This document shows, piece by piece, positions 13,553 to 26,479 of a stretch of DNA of 64,000 nucleotides. A model generated the notes under the pieces. That model was given only the letters and a program-made list of their open reading frames with translations, did not search any database and was not told the origin of the DNA. The position numbers and the translations under genes were made by a program. Source of the DNA: the human T2T-CHM13v2.0 reference genome, Homo sapiens; the NCBI RefSeq assembly GCF_009914755.1, contig NC_060936.1, one strand, 5' to 3'. How positions within the stretch are numbered: position 1 is the first letter of the stretch; each line of letters begins with the position of its first letter.

Positions 13553-14299
13553 ATTAAACTTCATTGCCTATATTACAGTATTAAAATTCAGAGAATATTT
13601 GATGATAGAAATTAAAAAAGGAAGTATGCCCCCAAATTTTAATTGCTCTCTCTGGACAACATAAACATTTAATCCCTATCAATTTACATCATTTCAGAAC
13701 ATTATAGAAATCAGATGTAACCAATATTTACATGATTATGATAGTGCAAACCATAATATTTACTAGATAACTCTAATTAAACTTTATTGAAAGAATGTGA
13801 TAAGGGAAAATGTTTTTGTTTGATGCGGCATGAGTGGTCTAAAACTTCATTTTCTGTGGTAGGAAATTGATAGACAATATTTATTAATGGAACAACAAGA
13901 TATAGCAGGATAACTATGCATTTAGGAATAGGGTTACAGATAGAAGAAACATCTAAAATTAATGAAAACACTTTGAAGTGCTTTCATGTTTTATTATCAA
14001 CTATGTAATTCTATTCGTTTTATACATATACACATATACACACATATAACACACATATGTGTGTATAGGTTTGGGTTTATATATTTGTGTTTATACTACA
14101 TATATGTAAACATATAGCCCTTCTTCATCTTACTCCTCTTGCCATCTCCTCCTCATCATCTCCTTAGGTAATCTAATGATAAAAGACAATTCCACAGATT
14201 AGAATAATGACTCCAATATTTTGCTAGAGTTGATTCATATTTTGATATTTTTCAAATGATTTTTAATGAGAATTTCAAAAATAGCTATCAAACAAGTAA

Positions 14300-14530
14300 G
14301 CATATGCACTCTGAGATCAGAAAACCTAAGTTCAATTTCTGGTTCTCTTATTTACTAGGTATATTTCCTCAGGCAAATTAACCTCCTTGGGCTTTACTTT
14401 CTCCGTTTGTAAACTGGTATAAAAATAGCACCTATTTTATAAAGTACTATGAAGACAAAATTAGTAAACATAAAGTAATTAGTGTAGTTCTTGGCACAAG
14501 ACAAGCATTACACAAATAATAATTGCTATT
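14300..14530 (+). mobile_element. MIR SINE
   Basis: actctgagatcagaaaacctaagttcaatttctgg...ggcaaattaacctc...ttctccgtttgtaaactgg core. Confidence 0.75.
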
Positions 14531-15615
14531 GCATGTACCAAAAAGGATATCGTTAAAGGTATAGCAATACAGTAATTATTTAAATTTGCTTTCTAATCCA
14601 TTTTTTTTAAGGAAAGCTGCTATGTACTTTATTAAGGCAGAAATATATAGACTAAATCATTTCAGATATTTATAACTCTAGGACAACATTCTTTAATATA
14701 CCATTTAAATAATGAGTAATGGAGGGTTTTTTTTTGTTGTTGTTAAACTGGATGCTTTGAGGGAGGGCATTTTTGTATTTTAATTGTTCAACAAAGGGAC
14801 CCTAGAAAAATGTTTGACCTGTTTTATTTTCATTATTTATTTATTTTTGCCTTTCTAATTTTTGTTTTTTGTTTGCTTGCTCCTGTACCCAAATTGTGGA
14901 ATAAGTTATATTATTTCCGGTAACACAGAGCAATGCAGTATTAAAATACCATTTTCTGATACAGCTTTTTTCACCATCATTATATTCTCTCTCTCTCTCT
15001 TTCTCATTGAGGGTTCATTAAGGAAAAAGAGAGGCACTATTAATGATTCAGACAGTATTGCGATCAGATCTTGGGCAGTTGTGACGTTGGAGGAAGAGAC
15101 TGTGCACAGACAGTGTTTCTGTGTCAATTATTTAGCCAAATTTGCTACAGGTCAGCCAATTCAGCAGTGAGAAAGGAAAACTGGATGTGAACAAGAATGT
15201 GACAAAACTGAAATCTGTGAGAATGATGTGAACCCCGTGGGGGCATGGGGAAGTTAGTGTACATCCCCAAAGAGCTGCACATGTGCTTAAGTGAAGACTC
15301 AGAAAAGCCGAAGAGGTAGATTTGGCAGGATCTAGAGGAGTTATAGGTCTGGTGCTACTCCTCAGCAATAGTTTGCTAGCAGACCAACAATAATTCATGT
15401 GAACAGCCACAGTACCTGGTGAACCTGCATCAACTTTCAGAAGATAAAAATATGGCTGCTAAGTCTAAATCTCACAAAACAAATTTATGTTATGAACCAT
15501 ATATGGAAATAATTCTGGGAAATGTAGTTTCAGTTTAAGTTATGGCAGTACAAAGCCGTCCTCTATCCTTTGTCAATTTAGCATCCATTCCGACCTCTCT
15601 TAACAAGAATAACTT

Positions 15616-15943
<328 letters not shown>

Positions 15944-16345
15944 CAACCAGAATAACTTCTAAATAATGATAATAATGTATTCATTGTTTTGCCTAATGGG
16001 ATACATCTTTACCTTACACATTTGAAAACATGCTAACCTTGTCATTAAAAGAGAATATAAATTTTTTTATTAGTCTTTGGTTAATATAACTTCCTCATTT
16101 TAACTGTGTCAGACTCCTTCCTTTGATATCTTATAACTTACATACTGAAATATAAGGTCTATTATTATGAACACAGGTTATGTTAAATGTAGGGGGATGG
16201 AAGATGGGTAAGAAATAAAACTAGTTAATAGATACAAACACAAAACTCTATAAATTAAAAGGAAAACAGTCAAACTCTACTAGTCCTCATTTTGCAAATG
16301 ATAATGTGATAGTAGCTGGTATTCGTAACTACCTTTTTACACTAG

Positions 16346-17088
16346 TGTAATGAACAGAATGTTTGTGTCTCCCCAAACTCATATGTTGAAGTCCTAACTC
16401 CCAAGGTAATGGTATTAGGAGGTAGGACCTTTGAGAGTGATTAGGTCATGAGGGTAGACGCTTAAAGAGTGAAATGCATGCCCTTACAAAAGAGACCCTA
16501 GAGAGCTTTCTAGTCCTCTTTCCATCACGTAAGGACACAATGAGAAGACGACAGTCTGCGATCCAGAAGCAGGTTACATTAGTCCATTTTCACACTGCTG
16601 TAAAGAAATACCTGAGACTGGGTAATTTATAAAGGAAAGAGGTTTAATTGATTCACAGTTCCACATGGCTGAGGAGGCCTCAGGAAACTTATAATAATGG
16701 CAGAAATTGAACAGGAAGCAAAGCAGCACCTTCACAAGGTGACAGGAGAGAGAGAGGGCGCGCATGTGAGTGCAGGAGAAACTACCATTTATAAAACCAT
16801 AAAATCTCCTGAGAATTCACTCACTATCACAAGAACAGCATGAGGGAAATTGCCCCTTTAATCTAATCACTTCCCTCTGGGTCCCTCCCTCAACTCATGG
16901 GAATTATGGGGATTACAATTCATGACGAGATTTAGGTGGGTATACAGCCACACCATGCCAAGGGCTCTCATCAAATTTTCACCATACTGGCACCTTGATC
17001 TTGGACTTTCAGCCCCCAAAACTGTGAGAAATAAAATTCTCTTGTTTATGAGCTTGGTTTATGAGCTTGGTCGTAGCAGCCTAAGACA
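16346..17088 (+). mobile_element. MLT1A/A0 LTR split by a nested MSTA
   Basis: gaatgtttgtgtctccccaaactcatatgttgaagtcctaac...ggcaccttgatcttggactttcagccccc...ctaagaca. Confidence 0.85.
16575..16960 (-). mobile_element. MSTA/THE1-type LTR nested in MLT1A
   Basis: attagtccattttcacactgctg...gagactgggtaatttataaaggaaagaggtttaattg...gagatttaggtggg (antisense). Confidence 0.88.
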
Positions 17089-17306
17089 ACACCCATTCTG
17101 TGTTTTTTTTTCCTTTCATGGCTGGCAGAGATGGCCCAAATTTATATGAGGAGATATGTTCCCATTGTCCATCTTGGCCTATGGAGAATAGCTGCCAAAG
17201 GCCTCATTAAGGATGCCAGGACTCCTCTCATAAATTTAATTCTCATTGAATTGCTTTTGAGAGTTTCCACTGAAGTCCCCTGGGATACAAGTTCCCCAGT
17301 TTAATA

Positions 17307-17385
17307 TTAGTTTGTGCAAAAGTAATTATGGTTTTTGCCACTTAATGTAATGGCCAAAACTGCATTTACTTTTGCACCAAACAAA
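17307..17385. mobile_element. MADE1 (Hsmar1-derived MITE)
   Basis: ~80-bp palindrome: gtgcaaaagtaatt...gtttttgcca / tggccaaaac...atttacttttgcacc, flanked by TA. Confidence 0.9.
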
Positions 17386-17439
17386 TACTTTGTCAATATG
17401 CCCTTTATCTCCATTTTCAAGCTCCATTACCTTACCAGT

Positions 17440-17818
17440 TGATATGGTTTAGCTTTGTCCTCACCCAAATCTCATCTTGAATTTTAGTTCCCATAATCCC
17501 CATGTGTCATAGGAGGGACCCCATGGGAGGTAATTGAATCATGGGGGCGGTTACCCCCATGCTATTTTCATGAGAGTGAATGAGTTCTCATGAGATCTGA
17601 TGGTTTTATAAGGGGATTTTCCCCTCTTTCCTCCACACTTCTTTTTCCTACTGCCCTGTGAAGAAGGTTCCTTTCTTTCCCTTAGCCTTCTGCTACAATT
17701 GTAAGTTTCCTTAGCCCTTTCCAGCTATGTGGAACTGTGAATCAATCAAACCTCTTTTCTTTATAAATTACCTAATCTCATGTATTTCTTCACTGCAGCA
17801 TGAGAACAGACTAATACA
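17440..17818 (+). mobile_element. THE1 (C/D-like) solo LTR
   Basis: tgatatggtttagc...cacccaaatctcatcttgaa...gactaataca; TSD ccagt/ccaat. Confidence 0.9.
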
Positions 17819-19192
17819 CCAATCAATGCCCTAATTTTATCAGAGATGCTAGGAGGTTGGGAGGTAAATTTTGCATGAAAGTTCAGCCATCTGTAGCATT
17901 AGGCTTTAAGTTTGATTTTCTAAAATCTTGATCCTGGGACTACAGAAAATGTGTTGATTTTAGGGTGGTAGAGAAAACTTTCTGGTCACTCACTTGAAAT
18001 TCAAGCAGAGGATTTAAAGCCCTGACCATATGATTTTCTTTCCCCCAAGTTCTTCAGTGTACTTAGAAGCAACCAATCAGCCTGTTACACTCATTTTTTA
18101 CTAAGTATTCTACCTGATCCCTCAAAGCCTTACCTTCTATAAGCACTTAATTAGAAATGCCTATGGGTGATAATTTAAGTATCTGTTGCCACTACTTGTA
18201 ATGAATTAGCAGTATCTCCTTTATCAATGCAAATAGAGTCATTAATGCCTTTAAACCTAATCAAATCACACAATAAATTCTAGATAAATCAGTGCCAATT
18301 CAGAGAACTACTGAAAGTTCCAAGTAGTCAAACCCTGGAATAATTTAATTTTTGAATATAATTTCTCAGTGGAATTATATATTTTGCAGTGCTCAGAGTA
18401 ATATAATAATTCACATTGCTGTATGTGGCTATTTTATTAATTACAGTTATTTGAGGAAGATTCTAGGGTAAATTTTGTTATATACCATTTTTCTCATATA
18501 CACCTACTTTAAAACTTGTAAGAACAATAAGACTTATTATGCCCTTATATATGTAATATGAAGATCCCTTTATGTGATAAAGACAATGCTCATGAAATGG
18601 TTAATAGAGTTTAATCAATAGCATCTAATGGTTAGTCTATAACACTGTTGTTCAGTTGTAGATAACAGTGTGTAAATACTTTATGCACTTAGCCACATCC
18701 CTTTGGAAAGATCCCATAACTTTTAGCAGTTTCCCGAATTACCCTCAAAATTGAAACAAAAATGAACTAATGAAATCTAGCTTGAAATCAAATGGTTGGA
18801 GCTAAAAACCATTTAAAATAAAATAAAGTTTTAATGGCACTATTGAAATGCTATAACTAATGATATGCTATAGACTTTTTTCATAGTCACAACCTTTTTT
18901 TTCTTCTTAAATTAAAACTTATCTTCATGGTATTAATCAAATAAGTACATAATAATAAAGGAGAAAAGATTTTTAAAACTGAATCAGCCTTACTTTATAT
19001 TGTCAGTATTTCAGGCTCCACGTGTACACTCAGTAAGATAATGAATAGAAAGACAGAAAGTACAATTAGTGGCAAACAACATTTATTTTTTACACACTCA
19101 ACCTTTGACTTTCCCTTTTAATTTAAATTTTCAAGTGTTTGTTAAACACCGCAGCCACACTTTTCTTTTTAGCCTTTTGATTGTAGCCACTA

Positions 19193-19565
19193 TGATATGG
19201 TTTGGCTGTGTCCCCACCCAAATCTCATCTTGAATTGTAGTTCCCATAATCCCCACATGTCCTGGGAGGGACACGGTGGGGGGTAACTTAATCATGGGGG
19301 CAGTTACCCCCATGCTCTTCTTGTGATAGAGGGTAAGTTCTTACGAGATCTGATGGTTTTATAAGGGGCTCTTCCCCCTTTGCTACACACATTTCTTTCT
19401 CCTGCCACTTTGTGAAGAAGTTGCCTGCTTCCCCTTCCACCATGATTATAAGTTTCCTGAGGCTCCCACAGCCATGTGGAACTGTGAGTCAATTAAACCT
19501 TTTTCCTTTATAAATTACCCAGTCTCAGGCACTTCTTTATAGCAACATGAGAATGGACTAATACA
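19193..19565 (+). mobile_element. THE1 (C/D-like) solo LTR
   Basis: tgatatggtttggctgtgtccccacccaaatctc...ggactaataca; perfect TSD cacta. Confidence 0.92.
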
Positions 19566-20414
19566 CACTATATAAGGGCCTATTCTTCACCAGTTCTTGT
19601 GTTTTATATAGGAAGGTCTAATTAACCAGATCTCATAATGTTCTGAGACTTCTATTGGCAAGTCATACTGATGACTTCTATTGGCACCAACTTTCTTCTG
19701 AGTTTCAGAACCATATTTCTAACTAGCCAGGCAATATGTTTTTATTCAATATGTCTAAAATTAATATCAATTTACTTTTGCCTACGGATTTAAAAATGAT
19801 ATAATTACATAAATACTAAACATTTTAAATTACAAATTAATATTTACTATCTCGTATAAATAAACCTAATCTGCTGGTCTATGGCAAAACATCTACTCAC
19901 TAAGAAATTCTCTATTTTACCAAAATACAGAAATACTTTACCAAAAGTTCTTCTAACTGCTTATCTTCTAAGCTTGAGGGAGCCATATGTTTTTAGTACA
20001 GATAATGATATAGGAAACTACTAGTATGCAAAGGCCTGTCAAGGAGAAAAGTATGTGTCCATTAGCAATTACTATCTCCTTGGAAGTATAAACCCTTCTT
20101 AAGTAAAAATCTATTACTTTTGGAGCAGAAAGATGTACTTTGGCTCATATATTTTGTCCTTCACTTTCATCTGACTTCTTATGAGTTTAAAGAATATCTT
20201 GATATGCAAAGTAATCTACTTTATAAATATTATTTTCTCAATATGAAATTCTAGCAAAGTAATGTGCTTTGTTAATTATGTAATATGAAAAGCTCGCTTC
20301 TAATTGTTTTCATCATAAAGCAGCAAACCTGAGCATTGTTTTTATGATCACCAGTTACAGTGATTAAAGAAACCTCAAAATATATACATATATTTTTAAA
20401 ATTATCTCTGAATT

Positions 20415-21170
20415 TTAAAAACATTTTACTTGAGACAATTGTAAATTCATATGCAGTTGAAAGAGAGACTCTATGTACCTTTCACCTAGTTTCTCCTAAT
20501 GGTAACATCTTACAAAGATATAATACGATATCACGACCAAGAAATTGAGATTGATGTAATTCATCTACATTATCTAGATTTTACCAGTTTTACATGAACT
20601 TGTATATGTGCATTTGTTCATATGTATGTGTATATGTATTTAGCTCTGCACAATTTTATCATATGTGTAAATTCATGTGATCAGCACCACAGTCAAGAGG
20701 TTTGAATTCCATGTCCCTAATGACTAATGATGTTGAATATATTTTGATATACCTAATTGCCACGAGAATGTCCTAGTCAGTGAAATATGTTTACATCTAT
20801 TGCCCTTTTTCTAATAAGTTACTTTATTGAGTTTCTTATGTACTCTAGATATGTCTTCTGTTTGATATGTGGTTTGCAAAGATTTTTTTCCCAGTCCACA
20901 GCTTGTCTTTTTATCCTCTCCACCGGGTCTTATGTAGGGCTAATTTTTTAATTTTGATGAGGTACAGTTTATCATTTTTTTTTCTCATACTTTGATATCA
21001 AGTTTAAAAATTTTTTCTTAGTATTAGTTCTTGAAGATTTTCTCGTATGTTTTTCAGATATTTTCTAATTTTATGTTTCACGTATAAGTCTAGGATAAAT
21101 TTTTAGTCTTTGAATCTATTTTTGTAAAGTGTAGTTTTAAATCTTTTTTTGTTTTTTGCCTATGGATTCC
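20415..21170 (-). mobile_element. Old L1 (L1MC/L1MB-like) 3' region
   Basis: Antisense L1M 3'UTR (tttctcctaatggtaacatcttacaa...) followed by antisense ORF2 (ctaatgactaatgatgttgaa...ttgcaaagatttttttcccagtc). Confidence 0.7.
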
Positions 21171-21959
21171 AAAATTAGTTGTGGAAATCTGCAATTATAG
21201 GTAATTCATTTTTTTAGTGGAAGTAAATTCAAAGGTCTATCATGAGTTAATGTTAAGTTTGCTTATATTTTAAAGAAAAATGTAGATATTTAAAAACTAT
21301 TCTACTAATCCCAGTGTTAAATCATCCACATCTTTGAAAATATATGTAGTAATTTGGAATATTCATTAGACATAAATTCTCTTTTATATTTTAAAACACA
21401 TAATCACAAAGAATTATGTTGCTTGGATAATTTTACTTGTAGTTGATTGTGTTCAAATTTACAAACATAGTCTTCTACTATTATACTTTAACTTTTGTTC
21501 TATTTTTGTAACCTGCCTTACAGATTGGAAACGTATTATCAAAAGTTTTGCATTTGTGCTACTTTTAAACAAAATAGTGTATAAAGAATAAGAATTCTTA
21601 TACTTTTCTCATATCTATCACCTCTTTTTCAGTCACACTGCTAGCTAATTTACTCTTATTCAGATCTTATGTTATATCTATAAGAAGGTGTCCTTGCATC
21701 TCTATCTCTCAATCTCTGTCTCTATATATCATTCTCTTTGTGTATTTCTCTTATTTGTCCAAATTACCAATAAGTAATCTGCACATGACAAACCTTTCTT
21801 CATCTTCATGTCAATATAGCTTTTGTAGAAAAGTAATTGCTATTTTGGAGGTAGGGGATTAAATAACTTTGGCGACTGACATGAAGACTTCGGCTTTCAG
21901 TAATATGTAACAGACTGTACAAATTCATCAGAGACAATTATTCTGATGAAAACAGAATG

Positions 21960-22104
21960 GGCAAACTGCAGTATCTCATGTCTATAAATCCAACACTTTG
22001 GGAGGCTGAGGCAGGTGGATTGCTTGAGGCCAGGAGTTATCGACCATCTTGGCCAACACGGCAAGATCATGTCTCAAAAAAAAAAAAAAAAAAAAAGAAA
22101 GAAA
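21960..22104 (+). mobile_element. FLAM (Alu left monomer) with polyA
   Basis: cactttgggaggctgaggcaggtggattgcttgaggccaggag...gtctc followed by a long A tail. Confidence 0.85.
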
Positions 22105-22853
22105 ACAACTGGAATGCTCATCATATTTTATTTCAAATTGTTTTAGAAACGGCACAATTATATTGGACTGCTGTATATTCTATATAAGATTGCATTAAAT
22201 TATACAGTTTAGTGGCATATATGAAATTTTTTGATACAGAAATCTTTATAGTTTAAATTATCATGTCATCCTTTCAAAGGTCTTTTGAAGAATACAAATT
22301 TTAATTTGATGAGGTTCAATTTTTTTTTATGACACGTGATTTTGATGTCAGGTCTAAGAACTCTTGTAAATAGACTATAAATGTGACGGAGGTTTATGTC
22401 CTTTAGAGTATATCCAGAGAAAAACTTGGAAAAAAGCACTGTCATCTCAGCAAAAAACTTAATGATTTTCTGCCCTGTTATCACTTTCTGAATAAATGAA
22501 GCAACCTATAGAGTTGAAACGTTCCTGCCAGCTGCCTACAGTCTCTTATTGAGCCACTGCAGTAAAGCATTCTGTACCTATTTAGATTAATTATGATTAA
22601 ATTTAAAAGCTGAGTTGGTTAAATTGCTTCATTTAATTAAAATGGAGACAAATTAATTGTTTTTATATGCTGCTTTTTTGAAAGATTGTGAGTTTCTGAT
22701 TATTGGCTAAGTTTAGGAGTACTTAAGATTTAGAATGTAAGCCACTTCAAATAGAAAATTTAACTGTTTTCTGATTTCAGAGAACGTGTCTGTTGTGAGA
22801 AGATTCTTCACATTTTTAATATAATAAAAATTAACTCAAAGATAGCTCATATC

Positions 22854-23159
<306 letters not shown>

Positions 23160-23196
23160 TTAGTGTAGAAGTATTTACAGCCCTCCTCTTCCCAAC

Positions 23197-23233
23197 AACA
23201 CACACACTCACACACACACACATACACACACAC
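23197..23233. repeat. Imperfect (CA)n microsatellite
   Basis: Directly visible. Confidence 0.9.
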
Positions 23234-23718
23234 ATATTATACATTCTATGGAAGATTATTTGATCTGCTTTTCTGCCAGTCTTTTGATGGATTGATCTTT
23301 ATAAAATATAGATTGAAAAATTTAAAGAAGCAAAAAAGTCTGCAGTTATCTACAATAAGGAGGCAGAAATATAACAGAGAAAACAATGAAAGATGATGAT
23401 CATCTATACACTAGGGTTAGGGAGGTGGATGGAGAGAAAAGAATCAGTTACGGAGAGAGGCAGTGAAGGAAACTTGCTAAGAAAGATTATGTAGTGAGAC
23501 AGTGAAAATCCCACTCCGAATTCATTTGTACAACTTTCCACTAAAATATTATGCTTTGGTGAATAATTAAATAGAATCAAGAAGGCTATTGTTTTTGTTT
23601 TACAACTGAATTATAACTCATTGAGGACAGAATGCACAGTTTTATGTTCATCTATAAATAGCTAGTATCTATAAATATACTTTATTTACCTTATATCACT
23701 AATATTACAAGAACATAA

Positions 23719-24426
23719 TGTTATTCCTGGTTCTTCCCAGAAAAGAGGGTGGTGAAGAGGCAGCGTCTTTGGTCTGGAGTAATACCCGAGATTCATTTTC
23801 CCACACCAATGAAATCAAGGACTTGGACACACAAGGAGTGAGGTTAAGAGGGGGAGGTTTAATAGGCGAAAGAAAGAGAAAAGCTCTCTCTCGCAGGAAG
23901 AGGAGATCCCGAGCGGCTCTTCTGGTCCACCATGAAGTGCAGGAGGTTTTATAGATGAGCTTGAGGAGGCTGTGTCTAATTTACATAGGGCACAAGGGAT
24001 TAGTTGGACCAGGTGTGTCATCTGCATAGTGCACGAAAAACTGGTTAGGACTAGATGTGCCATTTGTATAGCACCCAAAGAAGGTGGATGCCCCACCCCA
24101 ATCTTTTATTATACAGATGGGTTCTCCACCTGGCTGGTACCATGTTGCCTGCTTTTTTACTGTACGAGTGGTGACAAAGGAAGGGAAGATGGAGTCTCCA
24201 TGTTGAACATACTTGGCTTCCAGGTAGCCCTTTTCTATTGGCACAGCACTGACGTTTACCCATGCAAGCTTCCAGCTTGCTTATCTATGTTTGCAGCTAA
24301 ATTTTACAGGCTGCTCTTTCTTAGAAAGGAAATGACTTAGGGGTTGCTTTTTGTTGAAAGGGAAGCCTTGCTGAGGACTCCTTTACCCTATATACCTAAA
24401 TAATTTCATTTTTAGCTCCTGTATCA
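23719..24426 (-). mobile_element. Solo ERV1 LTR (LTR9/MER61 group)
   Basis: Minus strand begins tgatacaggagctaaaaatgaaattatttagg; TG...CA ends; near-TSD ataa/atag. Confidence 0.7.
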
Positions 24427-24639
24427 ATAGCATTCACTGGTAATGGAGGAAGAGACTTGAGACTTGAGTCTCTCTTCTTCCTCACCTCTTCCTTTTAGAT
24501 TCGAAACCTTTCCCTTTCCCACCCTAACTTCAAGTTTACAGGCTTTTGCATTATACAGTGGAAGTATTTCACCAAAATCCCCAAACTCTTGTGACCGGGC
24601 AAAGGGTATAGTCTTTTTAATAGTTTAATGATGCCCTCT

Positions 24640-25400
24640 AGGATGATGACACTGAAACTGTATGGCTGGCTAGATCTGATCTTCCTAGTAAGCTTTAAGT
24701 TTCTATTTTCAGTGTATTTCTGCAGTTTTACTACTAGTATCTCAGACTCAATCTGTTCAAATTTAGGTTCACCAAGTCAGTTCAACTTATCTTTAACTCT
24801 TCCCCGTCATACACTTCCATATGTATTCATTTCATCTGTTATAACTTCTATATCCAGCTTTTGTATTTTCCTCTTCTCTGCTAAGATTATATTCCACACC
24901 ACTATTGTCAGCTACCTGGACTACCTTAACAGCTTTCTAGTAAGTAGTCCTGTTGGCCACTGTGGCCCATTCTACACATATCAGCCAGAGTGGTTTTGTC
25001 AAAGCCTTCATCAAATCACCTAAATCCCTTACTTAACAGTTTTTTAAAGGATTCCATTCCCATTACAATGGAATTCACCCCCTTTACCTTGGCATCCAAG
25101 ATCCTGCATAATTTGTCTGGTCAACCTCTTTAACTGTCTCTCCCATTATTTTCTAACTTTCTTACTGAGCTCCAATCACACAGTTTTATTTTTTGATTAT
25201 TAAATTCAGAATCATGTGGTGTCATTTTTCAAGGCCTCTGTACTTGCCTTCACCCATATTTGGGAAGCTCTTTCATAAAATACCTGCACAACTCTCTTTT
25301 TGTCCATTTACTCTCAGATCAAATATGACCCCCCTCAGAGATTTATTTCCTGATTATTGTGGCTCAACCAGCTTCCCAGATCCCCAACTCCCATAAGCAG
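24640..25400 (+). mobile_element. L2 fragment
   Basis: L2-like motifs (acctggactaccttaacagctttc, tacacatatcagccagagtg, tctcagatcaaatatgacc). Confidence 0.55.
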
Positions 25401-26479
25401 TTTTAAAATTTACATATTTATTGCTTTTTCCGAATTCTCACTCCCAAGGTAGTACCTAATTTTGAATAAAAGATTATTTCCATGTTTTTTTGCTATTCTG
25501 GGATACAAATGATTTGCAAAGTTAAAAGTTTTAAGAACCTCTTCCAATATCAAAATATGTTCTCTTCTTATCTGTACCTACATCTACATCTAAATCTCTC
25601 TAAACAATCTATTTATTTTTTAAGTTCTAGCAAAATAAGACCAGTTACTATTGTTAATGTTAATATTTCCAGAACACATCTAAAACCTTGATCCCATGTA
25701 TAAGTTTTAAAAGTAATTTTTTTCCAGGGAGTTGGAATTTAAAATCCACATGTGATTGCTGAAACCTAAATATCATTTTGTAAACACTTAGATTCAATTT
25801 GTTTCTTGTGTTTGGTGGCTAAATTAATTATCTAAATAATGTAAGTAGTCTTATACTATATGCTATTCATTTTGCTGTCATTAAATGAAAAAGTGTAAAA
25901 AATATGTTGTAAAAGGGTTTAGATTTAAAAAAGTCTTTCTTTATATAGGTACATAGCTATTTCTTAGAATAATACAAGTTTAAAAATTATATCTACATAT
26001 TTTTAATACAAGTCTGCAGGATAGGATAGAATATTTCTTATCTCGCAATGAGTAAGATGTGAGCAAAAAAAGAGTAAGACACATTTATTATAGACCTCTT
26101 TCATAGGAACAAATATAAGTTATAAATTTCATATGTTCTTTTAGTAGGCTATAATATGTTTGATGTTATCATTTGTTCCACATGCAATAAATACTTGCTT
26201 TACATTTACCAATGACCCTATATATTTCAGACAGTAAAGAGGAATAAGAAACAAAAAAAGAAGAAATCTAACATGTACTTTTCATCTATAATGTGCCAGG
26301 TTTGGGGCTATGTAATTTTTATAAATAAAACACTTAATGTTCACAAAATCACATAAAATAAGGATGGATTGATTACTTTCCAACTCTTTGGACTTTCAGA
26401 AAGAATTAAGCAGGTCTGAATTTGAATCCTGTTTCTATTTATGCATTATATCCATGTCATTTTTCTAATCTATAAAATG

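Noticed and set aside
11746-13664. Several Y/I/C/M-rich ORFs up to 149 aa
   Set aside because: Translations of TA/TG low-complexity DNA and decayed HAL1/LTR sequence
23718-24340. Five overlapping ORFs on both strands
   Set aside because: All lie within a more GC-rich solo LTR; no gag/pol/env motifs
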